Assembly: GCA_035399665.1 (NCBI GenBank)
Contig: DAOPJM010000007.1
Location: 2,309 to 66,308, forward strand
Source: Clostridia bacterium
GTDB lineage: Bacteria > Bacillota > Clostridia > Christensenellales > CAG-138
Length of the DNA: 64,000 nucleotides
Direction: 5' to 3'
The notes under the pieces were generated by a model. It worked only from the letters and a program-made list of their open reading frames with translations. It had not been told where the DNA came from and did not search any database. The position numbers were made by a program, and so were the translations under genes. Positions 44,847-54,197 of this stretch are shown here, piece after piece. Position 1 is the stretch's first letter; each line of letters opens with the position of its first letter.

Positions 44847-47167
44847 TGATAAGCTGTAAGGACGGAATATTCAAAATCGACGGCAAGGCGTTAAGCTATT
44901 GGTTTAGGGTAACTGCGTTCGGGCATTTGGAGCAGCTGCATTTCGGCCGCAGGCTTGAAAGCGACGCGGACATTGAAACCCTTGCTTACAAGCGTTCATG
45001 TATGACGGGCTCCGCTGTCAACTACTCCGAGTCCGACCCGCTGTACTGCCTTGACAACATCCCCTTGGAGTGGTCGGGCGTGGGCAAGGGCGATTATCGC
45101 CACAGTCCCATGGAAGTGAAGATGCCCGACGGAAGCTTCACGCAGGACTTTGTCTACGATTCTCACGAGATTATTTTGGGGGCGAGACCTGTTCAGGGTC
45201 TCCCCTCCGCTTACGGTGACAACGCCGAGACGCTTATAGTCCATATGAGAGACAGCGTGCTTTCGGTGCGTCTTGACCTTGTGTACACACTCTATTTAGA
45301 CTGTGACGTTATCACAAGGAGCTGTGTTCTCATAAATAACGCGGAAAATAAGCTTACGATTCGCAAGCTTATGAGCTTCATGACCGATATCCCAGACAGG
45401 GGCTATGAGCTTAGCACCTTTGACGGGAGCTGGATCAAGGAGGCGCACCGCCATACTCGCCCCATAGCCGCGGGCATATATGTCAACGACTCGACAACGG
45501 GGGCTTCCTCCAACCGTCATAACGCGGGCTTCATACTCTCACAGCGCGGGGCGAGCGAGGAAAGCGGAAGCGTTTACGGCTTCAACCTTGTGTACAGCGG
45601 CAACCACTACGGGGCGGTCGAGCTGTCACACACGGGGCTTGTCCGCGTGATGTGCGGAGTTAACCCGCATTGCTTTGAGTGGACTTTGGGACACGGCGAA
45701 AGCTTTGAAACCCCTCAAGCGGTGTTGAGCTACTCATCGGACGGTTTTTCAGGGCTGTCGCGCAATATGCACGAGTTTGTCAACAACCACATAGTTCGCG
45801 GCGAATGGAAGGATAGGGAACGCCCTGTCCTTTTTAATAACTGGGAGGCGACCTTCTTCAAGTTCAACGAAGGGAGGCTCCTGCGCCTTGCGCGCAAGGC
45901 CAAACGCTTGGGCGTGGAGCTTTTCGTGCTGGATGACGGCTGGTTTGGTGAGCGCAATGACGACACCGCGGGGCTTGGCGACTATGACGTCAACCGCAGG
46001 AAGCTACCCTCCGGACTTTCCGGACTTTCACGGCACATAAACAAAATGGGTATGATGTTTGGGCTTTGGTTTGAGCCTGAGATGGTCAACCCGAACAGCA
46101 AGCTGTACAGGGCGCACCCGGATTGGGCGGTGAGCATACCTAACCGCTCCCCCGCCTTGGGGCGCAATCAGCTTGTGCTTGACCTCACCCGCAGCGCGGT
46201 GCGTGATTACATCGTTGAAAGCGTCGGCTCCGTCCTCGATTCCGCGTCCGTCGCCTATGTCAAATGGGACATGAATCGGCACATAAGCGATTTTTACTCT
46301 GCTGGACTTGTAAATCAAGGCGAGTTCTTCCACCGCTACATCTTGGGGCTTTACGAGATTTTGGGCAGGATATTCTCCGTACGTCCGTCCATACTGCTTG
46401 AAAGCTGTTCGTCGGGCGGCAACCGCTTTGACCTTGGTATGCTGTGCTATTCTCCTCAAGTTTGGTGTTCGGATGACACAGACCCCATTGAGCGTCTGGA
46501 TATTCAAGGCGGGCTGTCCTACCTATATCCGCAATCCGCCATGGGCGCTCACGTTTCGCTTGCTCCGCATCAGCAGACACTGCGAAACACGCCGCTGAAT
46601 ACCCGCTTTGCCGTGTCCTGCTTTGGTTGCTTAGGCTATGAACTTGACCTTGACTATCTCAACCATGTGGAGCTTGAGGCCGTGAAGCGTCAGATTGAGT
46701 GGTATAAGCAACACCGAAGGGCTCTGCAATACGGGCGTTTTGTGCGCGAATACAGCGATGACAAGCACATCCAATGGACGGCGTATTCTGAGGATGAGTG
46801 CATAGTGGGCAACTTCCTTCTGCGAGTGGGCGCGGCGGATCCTGTGGAGTTTCTGCGCGTAAGTGGTCTTGAAGGGGATGCGGTGTACAGTGTGGCTTCG
46901 CGTGAACAGCCCCTGTTCATCAAGGGCTTTGGAGCGCTTATCAACCACATACTGCCCTTTCGCATTCACCCTGAAGGTCTTTTGGCAAGACTTGCGAACA
47001 AGTACTACTCCATGTCGGACGCAAAAGAGAGCTATTCGGCCTCGGGAGCAATGCTGAGCTGCGGCATACCCTTGGCGTCGCGCTTTTCGGGCAGCTATTA
47101 CAACGACAAAACCCGAATCATCGCGGACTATGGCTCCACGCTGTACCTTATAAAGAAGCTTGGTTAA
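44846..47167 (+). CDS. GH36 alpha-galactosidase
   Basis: 773 aa. YVKWDMNR and ESCSSGGNRFD catalytic-region motifs. The start overlaps the pepF stop (TAATG). Confidence 0.85.
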   Translation: MISCKDGIFKIDGKALSYWFRVTAFGHLEQLHFGRRLESDADIETLAYKRSCMTGSAVNYSESDPLYCLDNIPLEWSGVGKGDYRHSPMEVKMPDGSFTQDFVYDSHEIILGARPVQGLPSAYGDNAETLIVHMRDSVLSVRLDLVYTLYLDCDVITRSCVLINNAENKLTIRKLMSFMTDIPDRGYELSTFDGSWIKEAHRHTRPIAAGIYVNDSTTGASSNRHNAGFILSQRGASEESGSVYGFNLVYSGNHYGAVELSHTGLVRVMCGVNPHCFEWTLGHGESFETPQAVLSYSSDGFSGLSRNMHEFVNNHIVRGEWKDRERPVLFNNWEATFFKFNEGRLLRLARKAKRLGVELFVLDDGWFGERNDDTAGLGDYDVNRRKLPSGLSGLSRHINKMGMMFGLWFEPEMVNPNSKLYRAHPDWAVSIPNRSPALGRNQLVLDLTRSAVRDYIVESVGSVLDSASVAYVKWDMNRHISDFYSAGLVNQGEFFHRYILGLYEILGRIFSVRPSILLESCSSGGNRFDLGMLCYSPQVWCSDDTDPIERLDIQGGLSYLYPQSAMGAHVSLAPHQQTLRNTPLNTRFAVSCFGCLGYELDLDYLNHVELEAVKRQIEWYKQHRRALQYGRFVREYSDDKHIQWTAYSEDECIVGNFLLRVGAADPVEFLRVSGLEGDAVYSVASREQPLFIKGFGALINHILPFRIHPEGLLARLANKYYSMSDAKESYSASGAMLSCGIPLASRFSGSYYNDKTRIIADYGSTLYLIKKLG

Positions 47168-47240
47168 CCTATAACTGAAGGCGGAAAGCATCCTGTAAGT
47201 GAAGAATTTTTGAAAACGCAAAAGAAATTTGTCCTTGTGA

Positions 47241-47269
47241 TTGACAATAGAACTAAAAAAGGGTAAAAT
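47241..47269 (+). promoter_or_regulatory. Promoter TTGACA - 17 nt - TAAAAT
   Basis: Hexamers at 47241-47246 and 47264-47269. Confidence 0.6.
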
Positions 47270-47299
47270 TGCAAGGATTGTTTACAATAGGAGTATGTA

Positions 47300-48568
47300 A
47301 TGAAAAAACAAACAGTAAAGAGCATCATCATCGCAGCGGCGGTCGTTTTGGTTATCGCCCTCATCATCCTTGCCATCTTTGTTTTCCGCACGGACGGCTT
47401 CGGTCACAACATGATTCAGCGCAATAAGGTCATTGCAAGGGTCAACGGCGACGCCGTCAGGCTCGGTGAGTTCTCGATATCTTATTCCAATCAGCATTAC
47501 AATATCGAGTACTATTCCATGCTTTACGCCATGTATGGCATGGACGTTGACTTGGGGTATGACACCACCTCAGACACTTGGGAAGACGAGCTGAAAGAGG
47601 ACGTCCTCACCGGTCTTATCTGCCAGCATCTGTATGTTCAGGAAGCCGAAAACCTCGGTCTTGAACCCACCGACGATAAGATGGCCGAGGTCAAGGCCAG
47701 CGGCAACAAGGCCATAGAGAGCCTTTTGAGCAGCTATAGAAGCCAGCTTGAGGAGAACGGCTATTCCGGCGATGCGCTTGAGCAGGCGCTCAACAAGCAG
47801 CTGTCCAATTACTTCCTTGAGATGGGCTTTACAAAGAGTGCATACAAGAAGCTTATCGTTTGGGAGAACTACGCATCTGCCTGCCAGACCCTCGTTACCG
47901 ATTACTATGAGGCGCAGTGCGTTGTAACCGATGAGCAGCTTATGGCTGAGTACGATTCTGTCATTCAGGACTACTACATCGACGGCTACACCGAAGGCGC
48001 TTACTCAACCGCGCTTGATTCCTACCTCTCCGGCACCTCGTCCTATCCTTGGCTTTACATCCCCGAGGATTCCATCTTCGTGCGCGTTGCCGCCATTGAC
48101 TGCCCCGATGCGATTGACGCCGCAGAGCGCGCCGCCGAAGTCACCACAGACGAGGAGTTTGAGGCGATGGTTCAGAGTGCTGATAATCTTGAGTCCTACT
48201 TCATCGACAACAAAATTCTTGGTGAAGACGAAGGCGTAGCTATCAGCGAGAAAGACAGTATGTTCAGCTCCGAGGTCTATGAGACCGCGAACGCACTTGA
48301 GGTTGGTCAGTTCGGTTCGGTCGTAGTTACCGCCGATTCCAAAGATGACGACGGCAACGCTATCATCACCTACACGCTGTACTTCGTCAAGCGCGTTGAA
48401 GGCGAGACGGGCGTTGTACCTTACGAGACCTATGCCGACACCGTCGGCGCGGAGATTACCAAGAGTCTCAAGAGCAAGTACTTCACCGACATCGTCGCGG
48501 GTTGGCTTAAATCTGACGCCGTTGAGCATGTCTCCGACGCCTACATGGATGTTGAATCCGCAAACTAA
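47300..48568 (+). CDS. Membrane-anchored SurA-N/PrsA-like foldase homolog with a degenerate parvulin-like region
   Basis: 422 aa. N-terminal TM and a SurA-N-like helical region. The region VRVAAI...FEAMVQSADN...VGQFGSVVVT...YTLYFVKRV is collinear with a parvulin fold but lacks the conserved His residues. Confidence 0.5.
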   Translation: MKKQTVKSIIIAAAVVLVIALIILAIFVFRTDGFGHNMIQRNKVIARVNGDAVRLGEFSISYSNQHYNIEYYSMLYAMYGMDVDLGYDTTSDTWEDELKEDVLTGLICQHLYVQEAENLGLEPTDDKMAEVKASGNKAIESLLSSYRSQLEENGYSGDALEQALNKQLSNYFLEMGFTKSAYKKLIVWENYASACQTLVTDYYEAQCVVTDEQLMAEYDSVIQDYYIDGYTEGAYSTALDSYLSGTSSYPWLYIPEDSIFVRVAAIDCPDAIDAAERAAEVTTDEEFEAMVQSADNLESYFIDNKILGEDEGVAISEKDSMFSSEVYETANALEVGQFGSVVVTADSKDDDGNAIITYTLYFVKRVEGETGVVPYETYADTVGAEITKSLKSKYFTDIVAGWLKSDAVEHVSDAYMDVESAN

Positions 48569-48581
48569 CTGAATAATCGCG

Positions 48582-48686
48582 ATGAATAACAGCAAGAAGT
48601 TAGTCAGAATACTTTGCTTCATACTTGCGGGCGCGATGGTCGCGGGGCTGTTGTTCACCCTGCTCTATCCGCTTATGGCGGGCTAA
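48582..48686 (+). CDS. Small hydrophobic ORF, 34 aa (single TM)
   Basis: Below the ORF-track size cutoff. ATG 48582 gives MNNSKKLVRILCFILAGAMVAGLLFTLLYPLMAG, with stop at 48684-48686. It lies 13 nt after the previous gene and just before a terminator. Confidence 0.35.
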   Translation: MNNSKKLVRILCFILAGAMVAGLLFTLLYPLMAG

Positions 48687-48703
48687 AGCAATAAGCTTAT
48701 GCA

Positions 48704-48743
48704 GCCGCGGCGTCCCTTATGGAGCGTCGCGGCTTTACTTTTT
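48704..48743 (+). terminator. Rho-independent terminator
   Basis: GCCGCGGCG / CGTCGCGGC hairpin followed by TTTACTTTTT. Confidence 0.6.
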
Positions 48744-48798
48744 CCATAGGCTTTTTCACTTCAGGGTAAATCTTACAATCCCTCAGATAAGAAAAAGC

Positions 48799-48827
48799 TG
48801 TACAAAATGTAAAAGACATGTTAAAAT
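48799..48827 (+). promoter_or_regulatory. Candidate promoter TGTACA - 17 nt - TGtTAAAAT
   Basis: Extended -10 at 48819-48827. This argues that the 5' part of ORF 48625.. is not coding. Confidence 0.45.
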
Positions 48828-48855
48828 GAATATTATCTTCGGCAAGAGGTGCAGC

Positions 48856-50091
48856 TTGAAACGTATCTTAGGTTATCGTTGTACATTATGCGGGCGCGAA
48901 TATCCTTTCGGTCCGGAGCTTATGACTTGTCCCGAATGCGGCGAAAAGGGCATTCTGGACATAGTCTATGACTATACCGAGGTTAAGAAAACGCTCTCAA
49001 GAGAAAGCCTTGCGCACAACAGGGACAACAGCATGTGGCGTTATGCCGCCCTGATGCCCCTAAAAGGTGAGGGACTCTCTAATTTTTTGCGCATAGGCTG
49101 GACGCCGCTGTATCGTTCCATGCGCTTGGGCGATATGATAGGCGTGGGCAGTCTATACATCAAGGACGACGGCTTGAACCCCACTGCCTCCCTCAAGGAC
49201 AGGGCTTCGGGCGTAGCTGTCGTAAAAGCAATTGAGCTTGGCTATGACACAATATGCTGCTCAAGCACGGGCAACGCGGCTTCCTCCTGCGCGGGCAACT
49301 CCGCCAGGATGGGCCTAAAGAGCGTAATCTTCGTTCCCGAACGCGCCCCCATGGGCAAGGTGTCACAGCTTCTGATATTCGGCGCGAACGTCATTTCCGT
49401 AAGGGGCGACTATCGTCAGACCTTTGAGCTGTCACGCGACGCCATCAATAAGTGGGGCTTCTATAACCGCAACGCGGGTATCAACCCCGTCATGACTGAA
49501 GGCAAGAAAACCGTGTCCTTGGAAATCGCGGAGCAGCTGGGCTTTGAGACGCCCGATTGGGTGGCCGTGTCCGTGGGCGACGGCTGCACCATAGGCGGCG
49601 TGTATAACGGCTTCCACGACCTTTTAGAGCTTGGCATGATTGACCGCGTCCCCAAGATACTGGGCGTTCAGTCCACGGGCTGCTGCCCCTTTGTCACAGC
49701 GTCCGAGACTGGTGAAGGGTTAAAGCCCACCCCTGAGAACACCTTGGCTGACAGCATCGCGGTCGGCGTTCCAAGAAATCCCGTCAAGGCTCAGCGTGCC
49801 GTGAGCGCAAGCCATGGCCGTTGGATATCCGTAACCGATGATGAGATACTTGACGCCATGCGTCTATTAGGGCGCACAGAGGGCGTTTTCGGCGAACCTG
49901 CGGGCGTTACCGCGACAGCAGGCGCAAAGCGGGCGGCCGCCCTTGGCATAATCAAACCCACCGAAAGCGTTGTTGTAATCTGCACAGGCAGCGGCTTAAA
50001 GGACACCGCGAACGCTTTGAAGGCCGCGGGCAAGCCCTTCCTATGCGAACCTAACCTTGAGGCTCTTGAGAAGAGCGGCAGGATAGTATAG
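48856..50091 (+). CDS. thrC: Threonine synthase (form with an N-terminal Zn-ribbon)
   Basis: PLP-Lys motif SLKDRA. N-terminal CTLCG...CPECG ribbon. TTG 48856 is preceded by AGAGGTG. Confidence 0.8.
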   Translation: MKRILGYRCTLCGREYPFGPELMTCPECGEKGILDIVYDYTEVKKTLSRESLAHNRDNSMWRYAALMPLKGEGLSNFLRIGWTPLYRSMRLGDMIGVGSLYIKDDGLNPTASLKDRASGVAVVKAIELGYDTICCSSTGNAASSCAGNSARMGLKSVIFVPERAPMGKVSQLLIFGANVISVRGDYRQTFELSRDAINKWGFYNRNAGINPVMTEGKKTVSLEIAEQLGFETPDWVAVSVGDGCTIGGVYNGFHDLLELGMIDRVPKILGVQSTGCCPFVTASETGEGLKPTPENTLADSIAVGVPRNPVKAQRAVSASHGRWISVTDDEILDAMRLLGRTEGVFGEPAGVTATAGAKRAAALGIIKPTESVVVICTGSGLKDTANALKAAGKPFLCEPNLEALEKSGRIV

Positions 50092-50229
50092 CGCTTCCAT
50101 TCCGTTGAAAGCGGAAAATCCGCCGTCCGTCAATAGACGTTACAGAGGCGGCGACCCCACAGTTTGTATCCCCTGCCCCATTATTTAGGGCAAGGGTTGC
50201 AATAAAAAAAGAGGAGGATGAAAACCAAT

Positions 50230-51425
50230 ATGAAACGTTTCCTGGCATTGTTGTTGTGTCTTGCGCTCTGCGCAGCGTTCGTCGCTTGCGAGCTAAGACG
50301 GAAACCGAAGAACCCGAAGTAACCGACGACTTCAAAGTTGGCGTAATCTTGGTAGGCGATGAGAACGAGGGCTATACCTTCGCGCACATCGAAGGCATTG
50401 AGGCCGCAAGAGAGGCTCTTGGTCTTACCAAGGATCAAATCATCTATAAGTACAACATCCCCGAAGACGAGAAGTGCTATGATACCGCCGTTGACCTTGC
50501 CGAGCAGGGCTGCGACATCATCTTTGCAAACAGCTTCTCCCATGAGTCCTACATGATTCAGGCTGCGAAGGAATATCCCGACGTCATGTTCTGCCATGCT
50601 ACCGGTACCTCCGCGGGCGGACTCGGTCTGGACAACTTCTGCAACTACTTCACCTGCGTCTATGAGTCCCGTTACGTCTCCGGCGTCGTCGCCGGTCTGA
50701 AGGTAAAGGAAATGCTGGACAACGGGCAAATCACCGATCCGTACATCGGCTACGTCGGCGCGTTCCCGTATGCTGAGGTCGTTTCCGGCTACACCGCGTT
50801 CTTCCTTGGCATCAAGTCCATCGTACCCGATGCTCATATGGACGTAATGTACACCAACTCCTGGTTCGACCTCACCGCCGAAGCGGAAGCTGCCAACGCG
50901 TTGATGGCGAGGGGCTGCATCCTTATCGGTCAGCACGCTGACTCCACGGGCGCTCCGAGCGCGGTTCAGGCCATGCTCGACAGCGGCACCACCGTTTACA
51001 GCGTAGGCTACAACATCGATATGTTGTCAGTCGCTCCCACCGCTGCTCTGACCTCCGCTCAGAACGTCTGGGCCATACCCTACACCGAGATGATCAAAGA
51101 GGTCATGGAGGGCGGTATGGTCGCGAAGAAGGACATCGCCTACGGCTACGTCGATGGCGGCGTTCAGATCTCCCCCTTGGGTACTTCCTGCGCCCCCGGC
51201 ACCGCCGAGAAGGTTGAGGAAGTCATTGCCGCCATCAAGGCCGGCACCCTGCATGTATTCGACTGCGCTACCTTCACTGTAGGCGGCGAAACCCTCACCT
51301 CCTATGATCAGAGCTACGGCTTTGCAGGCACGCAGCTTATCTGGGACGGCTACTTCCACGAGTCCGAGGTTATATCGGCTCCTCTGTTCGACATCCGTAT
51401 CGACGGTATCACCGAGCTGAGCTAA
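50230..51425 (+). pseudogene. BMP-family (PnrA/Med-like) ABC substrate-binding lipoprotein with an apparent frameshift right after the lipobox Cys
   Basis: ATG 50230 encodes MKRFLALLLCLALCAAFVAC (signal peptide plus lipobox) and then stops at 50320-50322. The mature BMP domain (..AKTETEEPEVTDDFKVGVILVGDENEGYT..) continues in the -1 frame (ORF 50256..51425). Confidence 0.7.
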
Positions 51426-51440
51426 CATCTAGGCACCCCG

Positions 51441-51472
51441 GAGAAGCGGTACCGCTATAAGTGCCGCTTCTC
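51441..51472 (+). terminator. Perfect 9-bp hairpin between the binding-protein gene and the ATPase gene (intra-operon attenuator or partial terminator)
   Basis: GAGAAGCGG (51441-51449) pairs with CCGCTTCTC (51464-51472), then ATTGTTAATTT. Confidence 0.45.
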
Positions 51473-51568
51473 ATTGTTAATTTGGGACGATTTCTTTCTC
51501 CCGCCTATCCCATGCTAATAACTGACGACAGCCCATAAACCCTTGCGGTCGTCGGAAAGGAATACACC

Positions 51569-53107
51569 TTGGAGAGTACAAAAGCTGTTCAAATGATCGA
51601 CATTACCAAGACCTTCGGAGAGGTGGTCGCAAACGACTCCGTATGTCTTGACATTGTTGAAGGAGAGATACTTTCACTTTTGGGCGAAAACGGAAGCGGT
51701 AAAACCACATTGATGAACATGCTGTCCGGCATTTATATGCCCGACAGCGGCCGAATACTGTTTCACGGCAAGGAGGTTTCCATAAAGTCGCCAAAGGACG
51801 CTTTCGACCTCGGAATCGGCATGATCCATCAGCATTTCAAGCTTGTGGACGTACTGTCCGCCGCCGAAAACATTGTCTTAGGTCTTAACGAGACTCCGCT
51901 TGTTGACCTCAAGCACGTCAGAGCAAGAGTCAAAGAGATCTGCAATCGCTATGGCTTCGTCATCAACCCCGATAAAAAAGTTTACGATATGCCCGTTTCG
52001 GAAAAGCAGACCCTTGAGATAGTCAAGGTGCTGTATCGAGGTGCGGACATACTCATTTTGGATGAGCCGACAGCGGTTTTGACCCCTCAGGAGACCGCGA
52101 AGCTGTTCTCAGTCATGCGCAATATGCGCGAAAACGGCAAGTCCATCATTATCATTACGCATAAGCTGCACGAAGTCATGGAGATTTCCGACCGTGTCGC
52201 GGTGCTTCGAAAGGGTAAATATATCGGCGATATCGCCACTTGTGCGACGAACCCCCAACAGCTCACCGACATGATGGTTGGGCATTCCGTTTCGCTGAAC
52301 ATCGACCGTCCCGATGTTGGGGAGCTTCGTGAGTGTCTGCGTGTGTCAGGTCTGACCGTTGTGGATAAGGACGGTGTAACGAAGCTTGACAATGTGAGCT
52401 TCACCGCGAACGGCGGCGAAATCTTGGGTATCGCCGGCATATCCGGAAGCGGACAGAAGGAGCTTCTTGAGGCCGTAGCCGGTCTTCAGATTGTCAGGTC
52501 AGGCGGTATCCAATACACCGCAAGGGACGCTCAAAAGCCCATGGAGCTTGTCGGCATGAACGCTCAGGCCATAAAAGCCGCCGGCGTTGTGCTTGCGTTC
52601 GTTCCCGAGGACAGGCTTGGCATGGGTCTTGTCGGAAGTATGGACCTTTCCGACAACATGATGCTTAGGAGCTATTCCAAGGGAAAGGGACCGTTCGCAA
52701 GGAGGACACCTCCCAGGCACCTTGCCGAACAGGTCATTGAGGAGCTTGAGGTCGTTACCCCCGGCGTGTCAATTCCCGTTCGCCGTCTGTCGGGCGGCAA
52801 CGTTCAGAAGATACTTGTGGGGCGCGAGCTTGCGCAGCACCCCTCGCTGCTCATGACCGCCTATGCTGTGCGCGGGCTTGATATCAATACCTCTTACGCC
52901 ATCTACCGACTGATGAACGAGCAGAAGAAGACGGGAACCGCTGTGGTTTTTGTGGGTGAGGACTTGGATGTACTGCTTGAGCTGTGCGACAGAATACTTG
53001 TTCTGTGCGCCGGTAAGGTCAGCGGCATAGTGGACGGCAGAAACACGACAAAGGAAAAGGTCGGTCTCATGATGACCCGCCTTAGTGAGGAGGTCAAGAA
53101 TGCGTAA
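51569..53107 (+). CDS. ABC transporter ATP-binding protein, duplicated ATPase (sugar/nucleoside CUT2 type)
   Basis: 512 aa. Walker A GENGSGKTT, ILILDEPT, and a second-half signature LSGGNVQK. Confidence 0.88.
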   Translation: MESTKAVQMIDITKTFGEVVANDSVCLDIVEGEILSLLGENGSGKTTLMNMLSGIYMPDSGRILFHGKEVSIKSPKDAFDLGIGMIHQHFKLVDVLSAAENIVLGLNETPLVDLKHVRARVKEICNRYGFVINPDKKVYDMPVSEKQTLEIVKVLYRGADILILDEPTAVLTPQETAKLFSVMRNMRENGKSIIIITHKLHEVMEISDRVAVLRKGKYIGDIATCATNPQQLTDMMVGHSVSLNIDRPDVGELRECLRVSGLTVVDKDGVTKLDNVSFTANGGEILGIAGISGSGQKELLEAVAGLQIVRSGGIQYTARDAQKPMELVGMNAQAIKAAGVVLAFVPEDRLGMGLVGSMDLSDNMMLRSYSKGKGPFARRTPPRHLAEQVIEELEVVTPGVSIPVRRLSGGNVQKILVGRELAQHPSLLMTAYAVRGLDINTSYAIYRLMNEQKKTGTAVVFVGEDLDVLLELCDRILVLCAGKVSGIVDGRNTTKEKVGLMMTRLSEEVKNA

Positions 53108-54197
53108 GGACAGCAGCGAACCCCTTGTACGCATTTCCAAACGCGCAACAATAGCGCCGTGGAAGGCATGGCTGATACGCATAGCCGCGCTGTTTGCGGC
53201 TCTCGTTATATGCGCAGTCATAATCTACGCGATAACAAAGATGAACCCGCTAAAGGTCTACGGAACGATGTTTCAAGGCGCTTTCGGAACGAGTAAGCGT
53301 CTGTGGGTCACAATCCGTGACATAATGATGATGCAGTGTATCGCTATTGGTCTTGCGCCCGTGTTCAAGATGCGTTTCTGGAACATCGGCGCGGAGGGTC
53401 AGATTTTAGTCGGGGGCTGCGCCGCCGCCGCCTGCATGATCTACTTCCCCAACATTCCCCTGGGGCTGCTGCTTGCGCTTATGGCAATATCGAGCGCGGT
53501 CGCGGGCGCAATCTGGGGGCTTATACCCGCCATCTTCAAGGCGAAGTGGAATACCAACGAAACCCTATTCACCCTGATGATGAACTACGTCGCGATACAG
53601 CTCACAAGCTACTGCGTCGCACTGTGGGAAAACCCATACGGCTCCAACTCCGTCGGAATTATCAACCCCGTCAGCCATTCCGGATGGCTGCCCTCGGTGT
53701 TCGGTCAGGCATACACCCTTAACGTGGTGATAGTCCTGCTGCTTAGCCTTCTTATGTATGTGTATCTTCGGTACAGTAAGCAGGGCTTTGAAATCGCCGT
53801 TGTTGGCGAGAGTGAGAACACCGCAAGGTACGCGGGCATAAACGTTGGCAAGGTCATCATACGCACCATGGCAATCTCCGGCGCGGTCTGCGGTATCGCG
53901 GGCTTCCTTGCCGTGTCGGGCGCAAGCCACACAATTTCTACGAGTACGGCGGGCGGCAAGGGCTTTACCGCCATAATCGTAGCTTGGATGGCCAAGTTCA
54001 ACGCCTGGGTGATGCTGCTCATTTCAGCGCTCATCGTGTTCCTTGAGAGGGGCGCGGTAGAGATAGCGTCAGCCTACAATCTGTCGAACCACGTCTCCGA
54101 AATGATAACAGGCATTATCCTGTTTTTCCTCATCGGGAGCGAGTTCTTCATTAACTACAATGTCAAATTCCGCGGTGCGGCAAGGAGGGCTGAATAA
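53100..54197 (+). CDS. ABC transporter permease (BMP/nucleoside type)
   Basis: Polytopic membrane protein. ATG 53100 follows GGAGG and overlaps the ATPase stop. Confidence 0.8.
   Translation: MRKDSSEPLVRISKRATIAPWKAWLIRIAALFAALVICAVIIYAITKMNPLKVYGTMFQGAFGTSKRLWVTIRDIMMMQCIAIGLAPVFKMRFWNIGAEGQILVGGCAAAACMIYFPNIPLGLLLALMAISSAVAGAIWGLIPAIFKAKWNTNETLFTLMMNYVAIQLTSYCVALWENPYGSNSVGIINPVSHSGWLPSVFGQAYTLNVVIVLLLSLLMYVYLRYSKQGFEIAVVGESENTARYAGINVGKVIIRTMAISGAVCGIAGFLAVSGASHTISTSTAGGKGFTAIIVAWMAKFNAWVMLLISALIVFLERGAVEIASAYNLSNHVSEMITGIILFFLIGSEFFINYNVKFRGAARRAE

Noticed and set aside
48625-48855. N-terminal 77 codons of the ORF-track threshold-length thrC ORF. Similar 5' extensions occur at 58676-58810 (rarA), 40433-40471 (ade), 23945-24016 (ctp), 63811-63873 (EEP), 18692-18721 (crp) and 62319-62333 (hsp20).
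   Set aside because: The extensions run through terminators or promoters or overlap neighbouring genes, and they lack an SD. Internal starts with good SDs give family-typical N-termini.
50092-50229. Several small alternative hairpins (TTCCG..CGGAA / GCGGA..TCCGC, CCCTGCCC..GGGCAAGGG) between thrC and the BMP gene, considered as a riboswitch or attenuator.
   Set aside because: The stems are short (5-8 bp) and there is no match to any riboswitch core I can recall. There is no U-tract and no comparative data, so this stays unresolved rather than supported.
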